Shown here: piece after piece, positions 52,801 through 61,800 of the stretch
How positions within the stretch are numbered: position 1 is the first letter of the stretch
How the letters are laid out: each line of letters starts with the position of its first letter
Origin: Obrimoposthia wandeli
Taxonomy: Eukaryota
Assembly (NCBI GenBank): GCA_977020255.1
Contig: CDROCS010000482.1
Coordinates: forward strand, 62,001 to 126,000
Reading direction: 5' to 3'
DNA: 64,000 nucleotides
Notes under the pieces: model-generated
What the model was told of the DNA's origin: nothing
The model's database searches: none
What the model saw: only the letters and a program-made list of their open reading frames with translations
Made by a program: the position numbers and the translations under genes

Positions 52801-55800
52801 ATAAATTAGATGATCTTCCTGTAGCGCCTCTTCATCAATGTCCACCTAATTCAAAGGTTAAGAAATTATTGTTAACCCATAAAGACAAGTTGAATTATGT
52901 TGTGCATTGGCGGCTTCTTCAATTCTACTTAAAGTTGGGAGCGAAAGTTACTCGAATTCATCGTGCTATAAGCTTCAATCAAAACTTTGTGTTTAAAGAC
53001 TATATTGAGAAGAATTCAAGAAAACGTAATTTGGCCAATAGCAAATTTGATCGGGATTTTTACAAGTTAAAAAGTAATAGCCTCTTTGGAAAAACTGTAG
53101 AGGACTTGTGGAAACGTATTTGTCTATGGTTTTGCAATGATGAGCGTAAACTAATAACATAAACTAGAAAGTACAACTGTAAGCGTAATTTTACAATTGC
53201 AGATGAATTGGTAGCAGTGTTATTAGGAAAACAGAGTATTTGTCTCGATCGACCGAGTTATATAGGTCAAATGGTTTTAGACATTTCTAAACTCAGAATG
53301 TATGAGCTTCAATACATAGAATTAGAGAAATATTGACAAGAATTCAATTGTGAGATCAAAATCGCAGCTGTGTACACTGACTCTTTCTTTTTAGAATGTA
53401 GATATGTTAGTTGACAAAATCAATTTTTACCGCAATGTTTAGAGATAATTTACTTGATACTCATAAATATATCGTTAATCATCCTTTACACTCTATGAGT
53501 TTAAAGGATATTATCGGGAAATTTAAGGATGAAAGCGATGGTCAGATTTCGTATGATGATTGTATTTTTCTATGCCATAAATGATCCCTATGGCACTTTT
53601 ATTCTAACATTTATTTCATATATTTAAAAATTGGGCTTATTGCTTAACATTGTTAACATATCTTCTTATTACGTGACCTTTTACGATTGAATAAGTGTGT
53701 ATAGTAAAAATAAATCTTGTGTCATTTTTAAATAATATTTATGAAATTTTTAAAAAATATTAAGTAAAATATGCTTTTATCAATATATTTATTATATTAA
53801 CACATTTTAATTTTTTATAACGATAACCAAAAAATTCGTTTTTGTTTTCACTTTTATTTTGGCAGATCCTGGAATTGTACTCTTGAGAGAAATTTTCATT
53901 GTTGCGTTTCTCAATAGGAAGCAATTTACCTTATCAATTCTGCTATTTGGTTGTGAGAAGGATGGATTTGGAACAAAGATAAGTGAATTGAAAATTGAAC
54001 GTTCTCATGTTTTGACTTTGTGTTTCATTTTTTCTTTCTGTGTTACTTTATATGTAATTTTACCAGTTTTCTTCCCTTTTATATTTCTGCATGTTCGATT
54101 TTATCCAAGTAATAAATTGTGATTAGTTTTAATTCATTCTTCTAATTATTTTGTTCAATAATTTTGATTTATATTTAATATTTTTTTAGATTGGATTCTT
54201 TTCAGAGTTATGTAGAGAAAACGTTTTTACCTGGAATATGTTACAAAGGGAAACTATGTAATATTTAAAAATTCATCACATTATACGTGTGACAAATCCT
54301 GTAAAAATATAAAAAGATGAAATAAATATTTATTTGAAATTTTAACAAAATCTGATATTGATCAATTCAAAAATATTTGAATTTTATTTCCGTTTTGTTT
54401 GTATAGCTGGCCTTAGTTATATGCTTGGTACTCATATAGAATGAGAAATATGGAATGCTTCAACTTGGAAGAATGGATACTATGCCGCAGCAGATTAAAC
54501 ATGCAACCTCTTTGGACTTCGGATGCAGCTAATATGGTGTTTTACATTAAATATTTGTATTGATTTAATAAATGTATTAATTTTTGTCTTGTATCTTTTT
54601 ATTTTCTCACATATTTTTTTAGAAAGTTTGTTGGTGAAAATAATTTAACTGTTACATGTAAGAGGTAACTGTGACCTTTTCCGGCATTGAATGTAAATTT
54701 GCTATAATCTTCATTCACAGATTTCCGTACATTTTAAATTTTGTTTAATTTTTCCAGAACAGCTTTATTATTAAAATATTTGCATTTTAAATGATTTATT
54801 TTAAAAGTTTTATATATATACTTATTTGTTTGTTTATTTAAAATTGAAATTATCAATTTGAGTAAAATATTTCCACTTCAGAAAATTTTGAGGGTTTTAG
54901 CATCATCTCAACTCAACTTCAGTGACTTCATAATGGACCTTTAATTTCATTTATTATTTTTTGAATGCAAATATTTATGAAACACTTAGCAACGTAGCAT
55001 TTAAACAATATTATCATGTTTAAAGTTAATAAATTTATTTAAAGTTTTGGGGGAGCTAATATTTAAACATTGTTCCTAACATGTATTTTTCAGTGTTAAT
55101 AAATCTCGAAAACTTCCGTTATATATAGTAAATATTTATAATTTTCGTTTTATATTCACCCTTACATTTTAGTGTTGCTTTTATTTCTTTGGTTAGATTA
55201 CAATTGTAATGTCTAATAAAATATTATTTTTACATTTGAAAATGTTTATTTCTTTTATTTTTTATATTTTTCATTGAAATGTTTCAATTGTAGATATTAT
55301 TTTTGAATATTTATGTTTATATTCTAATTAAACTATGAACCATTTCTTTTCAACAAGCAGGCCTTCATCATTTCCAATTTCAGCTTGTGTTGGTGATATT
55401 ATAGAGGGATAATATAATCCAAGAGAATCAAATACAAATATTTCCCTCCATTTGACATATATTTCAATATATGTGCACATTTTTTCCTTACATATCTTCA
55501 TAATCAATTTTTTATAATGTAGATACACCTCCAACTCCTCCAACTTCAACTACATCTCCAACTTCAACTACAACTACAACTACAGCTACAACTACAACTA
55601 CAGCTACAACTCCTTCAACTCCAACTGCAAAATATCGTACTACGACAGCAAGTCTAGTGACTCAAGGTACAGGTTCATTTTGACAACAAAATCCAAATGG
55701 AAAAACTAAATTGTTAAACAGAAAACTCCAAATCTCAATTCGCAGTCCTCACCCCAAGTTCCAGTTTCTTAAATAATCAACAACAACTGAGACCGATGTA

Positions 55801-58800
55801 ATCGTCCGTGCGTTACGAACAAGAGATACTTAGGGTCAGCAATAACCTTAATAAAGAGAGTGGCAATTAATTAGGAAATGTTTTTGGACCTTGGAAATAG
55901 CATTATGACTTTCTGTAGCGATAAACCTTTTATCAGAAATATCGGTCTATCTAAACTCGGTGCTACTCGGTGCTGTGTTGTGTAGGTCACAAATGGGCGG
56001 TATTCTTACACACATATCCTTGTCACAAGGTCGTCGTTGACTCAACTATGTTGGTATCATCTGGGTGTGAGTTCTTCTGCAATATCACTTCTGAATGCGC
56101 TAATTTTACACTTCTCTCCCGGGGAGTTTTACGAAAATGCGGTCTTTGTGCACACTCAATGTTAAGAGTTGATGTTGACGGGAACTGAATGAAATGTCTT
56201 ACCAAATGAGATCGGGAAATATTTGTTATATTTATCGAAGTATGACCTCTTTGACAATATTTTTGTCTGAACATATTCTCAGAATATTATACAGCCAGGT
56301 AGAGTGAGTCTGGGTGAAAATGTAAAAGACGTCAAAACTCTCGAAAAGAACGGTTGAAGAAGCAACGGAAATTATTTGTAGAGCAAGAAAAGATTTTCAA
56401 CAAGAAAACAAAATAGAAGAAGATATAGTGAAATAAATAAGAAAGGTCAGGATAAGCCAGATGGCCAAATATATTATTTGTACTAGATAATGGCGAAAGG
56501 AAAAAGTAGGCTTAGCTCCATAAAGCTAGTTTGACTGATGCGCACTTGAAGATACTCGGTAAAGCGATGGAATAAGACAAAACAGCAAGTTATGCAGACG
56601 AACAAAAAGCCAGTTTCAAGGAGAGCCTTCAAAGGTGTAAACTAAAAGCTGAAGCATACGAAGCAGTGTCAACTCAGCCTAAATTTACTGTGCCAAAAAT
56701 ACAACTAGCTTATTATTCGAAACTATCTCAAAGACCATCACCAAAGCCAAATTTTGACGTGGAAAGAAATACGCATCCAAGCAGAATGTCTGAATGTGCA
56801 GTGTGAGGGTCATACTGAATATGGAGGATAATCGATATGGGTTTAATTTGATTGGTTAACCAAAAATATCCTTTTTATGTTTTATAGAATCGTCAGTTTT
56901 AGTTTTTCATACCTTCTAATTTAAGTACGTTAAAAATGTTATTAACCTTATTATTAAACTATACCAACCGATATTTTTCAATTTATTGTACTCCAGAACG
57001 TTTCGAAGCTAGAATTTTAGAATTGCGTCACTTTCTCCAAAGTAGAATTTTATTTCTGAATTTAACTCTTCATATTTTAATAACTTTGGGAGATATCAAG
57101 TATTATCATCATCATGAAACTCTTTTTGTTATCATATGAGAAAATGATTTTAGATAAAATATTTTGCATTATTAAATATTCTATTGAGTCTAAGGTGCTG
57201 CTCGGCAATACGTCTTTCCTCTTAGGAAGCTCTGTAAGAGAGACTGTGACCATTTAAAATTAAAACAAATATTCAAAAATCTAGAAATCATAAATAATTT
57301 TAAAAACCGCGAAATTTAAAAGAAACTCATAGTTTCGTTAAAACAAACTTTCAAACTGTCTGGAGATATAAAATTCATATAAAGTCTCCAAATCAAGCAT
57401 ACTGGAGCAAATTTTGCAATGTACAACCTACATACTCAAGCATTTGCAGTAAAATATACCCCCGATTTCAGTGCTCCAGTAAGCACGATTTCATGAACCA
57501 ATGATTTACACGATTTTTGTGTGTTTTCGACATTTGGTATTGTGGTCACTGACCCACGACTGTGTTCCAATCCCCTATTCCCGAGTAGGGAACTATTTGA
57601 TAATTGGGAGATAAAGCTGCTTACTGGGCTTGTGATCGTCAAGGAAGACCGCCTCTCCGGATGGCTGGACTCAGTTGCGAGAACGTTACCTCGACCACAA
57701 TTCGGTGCTTGTGGCGTCTGCGGGGAAGTGTGGACAAGAACAACAGGATACACTGCTCTCTGACTTGTGACGAGGCAGGAATGCGCAACAAGACAATCTA
57801 CGACAGTGGAGATCTCTGCTCAACTGTGGAGGATGGAGCTTCGGGCACAATCAGGATCCGCCAGCACGTTCAACAAGGGACAATATACAACTGCGCGGTC
57901 AGCTGACACACTGACACATTTACACACACTGGTTCATAGACACACTTACACACTGCCACATTGACACACTGCCATATTGACACATTGACACTCTCGATCT
58001 TCCTCACTCACTCTCAGTCACTCTCAGTCACTCTCAGTCACTCTCAGTCACTCTCACTCACTCTCACTCACTCTCAGTCACTCTCAGTCACTCTCACTCA
58101 CTCTCACTCACTCTCACTCACTCTCACTCACTCTCACTCACTCTCACTCACTCTCACTCACTCTCACTCACTCACTCTCACTCACTCTCACTCACTCTCA
58201 CTCACTCTCACTCACTCTCACTCACTCTCACTCACTCTCACTCACTCTCACTCACTCTCACTCACTCTCACTCACTCTCACTCTCACTCACTCTCACTCA
58301 CTCTCACTTATTCGTTAATGAATTAATTTTTTATTTTATTTTTTTTGTAGATGAAGCTGAGAAATTCATCTGATGCTGTAATTGAGCAAATGGGCGTGTT
58401 TAATTTGAGCGTGTACAAATACATTCGTAAGTACACTCATTGGTTTAATTTTTAGTGTGGTGCAGTGTGGTGCAGTGTGGTGCAGTGTGGTGCAGTGTGA
58501 TGCAGTGTGATGCAGTGTGGTGCAGTGTGATGCAGTGTGATGCAGTGTGATGCAGTGTGATGCAGTGTGATGCAGTGTGATGCAGTGTGGTGCAGTGTGG
58601 TGCAGTGTGATGCAGTGTGGTGCAGTGTGATGCAGTGTGATGCAGTGTGATGCAGTGTGATGCAGTGTGATGCAGTGTGGTGCAGTGAGATGCAGTGTGA
58701 TGCAGTGTGATGCAGTGTGGTGCAGTGAGATGCAGTGTGATGCAGTGTGATGCAGTGTGGTGCAGTGTGATGCAGTGTGGTGCAGCGTGGTGCAGTGTGG

Positions 58801-61800
58801 TGCAGTGTGATGCAGTGTGGTGCAGTGTGGTGCAGTGTGGTGCAGTGTGGTGCAGTGTGATGCAGTGTGATGCAGTGTGATGCAGTGTGGTGCAGTGTGG
58901 TGCAGTGTGATGCAGTGTGATGCAGTGTGATGCAGTGTGATGCAGTGTGGTGCAGTGTGGTGCAGTGTGATGCAGTGTGATGCAGTGTGGTGCAGTGTGG
59001 TGCAGTGTGATGCAGTGTGATGCAGTGTGGTGCAGTGAGATGTAGTGTGATGCAGTGTGATGCAGTGTGGTGCAGTGTGATTCCATGTGGTCATCTGTGG
59101 TCATGTGTCACAGTACATCATGTTCTGATTGCAGCGCCGGAGTTGAGTCTCTCAAAGCAAGAAATAGACAGAATTGTGAAAAATTTCACTCAATCTGTGT
59201 CGTCTAACTCCTCCTCTCCTACACAAAGTGTTCCCAACATTGACCGCAGCACACAGATCGTCACTCTGCTGCCATTAGCTGCCTTCAACAAAAGCAGGTC
59301 CCGGATTCGTTATTTCTCCGTGGTGGTTTCTGGCAGTGCTCGGTTATTGCAGCCTGAAGGTGAACTTGAGACTGGCGTCAATGACACCTCCACGTCTGCA
59401 AATCCCAGATTCGCTTCTAAGGTTGGTGATGACTGAATAGGACGACCTGGATTGACGATGTTAGCACTGCTGCTGTTGCTCTTCATACTATGGGTCGAAC
59501 CTGGTCAACTGTAAACCATCTTCTGCAAGATTCAGCTAGGGACTTCATATCGTGCCCAAACCCTCTAATTCTACCTAGACCAGTCATGGTATATGATTAT
59601 CTTTATTTAGGTGCTCTTGACCAGTGCCTTTGCTACGTGAATGATCTTTGAGATGCTGAGGTTATTTCATTTCAAATCAACCCTCTCGTGTTCAATGACT
59701 ATACAGTGTCTCGGGAATTTGGTCAACATCATTTATATTTCTTCACTTCGGATTTTTCAAGCAAGCCATATACATTTTGGATCAAGTTGTTGTTCCTGAA
59801 CTTGGAGATGCGCTGGACAACAAACTTACTGTTCTCACATTCTTCCACTCGTTCTAGTCTTCTCAATGCTGCTGCCTGATATCCCGAACAGTCGCAATCT
59901 CCAACTAAACTAGCCTAATATGACATCTTACCTTACCATTTGTCACGATCACTGCTCCCTCATCGTTTGTCCTTCATTCTTCAGCAGATACATTTGTATT
60001 CATGAGCAGGTTCAAATTACTGCTATTACTTTCTTTTGTTGTGTCAGCTCCCGGTTTTTGATGCCGATATCACTTCTCACTCCGTATGGTTTCAATCTCA
60101 TGTCACAGACATCCTTCCACAGAGCCCTCATTGGGAGTGACCCCCTGGATACTGTTACCCAACCCTTCCCAGCCTCCATCGCTGCAAATGAGATCTGACA
60201 TTTCTCTCTAACATAAACCTCCTGTATCACTCCCCTCTCTTTCAAAAGAATCTCGACTTTCTCTCCATACACATCCCAGTTCACCGACATATGTATCCAT
60301 CTCACAAATCATGAGCCGAAACCCTTTATAATTTATTAGTCCGTTCTCCACACCCCTTATTATACGCATTGGCATAGTCAAACAGTGAGAGTGCAGTTTT
60401 GATCCGACCCTGTAAGCCGTCATTTACATCCTGCAACTGTCGGGTCCTTCACAAACATACACCATCACAACAGTCTGGTTACCCCCTCTAAGAAGTACAC
60501 CAAGTGGTGGTTAAGTACTCTTTCCATCCATTTATTGATGGTAGGGATAAGGCAATATTTTGGGATTTTTTTCACTTTGAGAATTAGCATGATCATCGCT
60601 CCTCTTCAGTTATACAGGATTTAAAAACGTTCAGTTGAAAAATACTATAGCTATTTCAGTCCATACTGCACAACATCCTCAACGACCTTGGATACAAACC
60701 ACTGCTATAGTATCATTTATTTTCTTAAGGGCCTGACAACTTTCGACTCTTTCAGCTCACAACCCTCGTCACCTTCAACGGAGACATTTCTTAGGATATC
60801 GTCAGATTCTTTCTCCACTCTTTTAGTTTCAACAATCAACAATCTTCAATCACCCTCAATTACAAATGTATTAGCGAGGCTTCCTCATCTGTTTTACTCT
60901 TTCCAAGGTTACAAGGTCCCATTGTTCGCCTTCCCTCTTTCTTTCTGGCTCTTCAGCAATTATTATCGTGGAAATCTCTTTTCATCTTTTTCTTTCTTCT
61001 TATTCACTTGGCATAACTTATCTTCTTGTTCCTTTACTTTCCTAACCGTCTACAGCTTTTTGAGAGCATCTCTGATTTCGATCTCATTCCGTACTTCCTC
61101 ATCGATCATGGCTTCAGTGCGGAATCTGAGCACATTCAACCCAATGTGTTTCTTCGCTGCCTTCAAAATTGCAGTCCTCGGTCCTTATTTCATACTGTTG
61201 TTGTACTGTTCTATCAGTTTCCTGCATCTTCACTTCTTCCTTATAGTCACCACAATTCTTTGGATTGCATATCCAGGTGAACTTTGTAATTGACTTTTCA
61301 GTGATATTTTCCATACATGAGTCAATGAGAATCGATAAATGGTTTGTTCCTCGACTTTCCGCCGTTCTCCATTTCATATCCTTCATACGTCTTTCGTGAC
61401 AGAGATATATCTGTTTGTATGTTCTACCAGACCGTCTGTCTACCTTAGTATATCAGCTGTCATTCAGGGCCCCAAGTCATCCCAGCATCTATCCATTCTT
61501 CCACGGGTGTGCGTTGAAATCTCCTGTTTTTTACCTGGGAATCTTCCATTAGCTATCTTTTCATACATAAACTCAATGACTTTCCGCAGTAAATGACTTA
61601 ATGTATATATGAAACAAAAATGAACAGTTATGCAACAAATCAAATAGAAATAATATAGACAAACATAACTTAGACATTTAAAATTGACAAAAGTTTACAA
61701 AAAAAATTAACTAAACTTTGATTTTTTAAAATTGATTATAGATGTTGATATTAGCACTTATATAGATTGTGTCAGACAAAATCATTCAGTTAGAGAAAGT

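Noticed and set aside
57961-59104. Long His/Thr/Leu-Ser-rich ORFs
   Set aside because: Translations of intronic 6-bp and 10-bp satellites.
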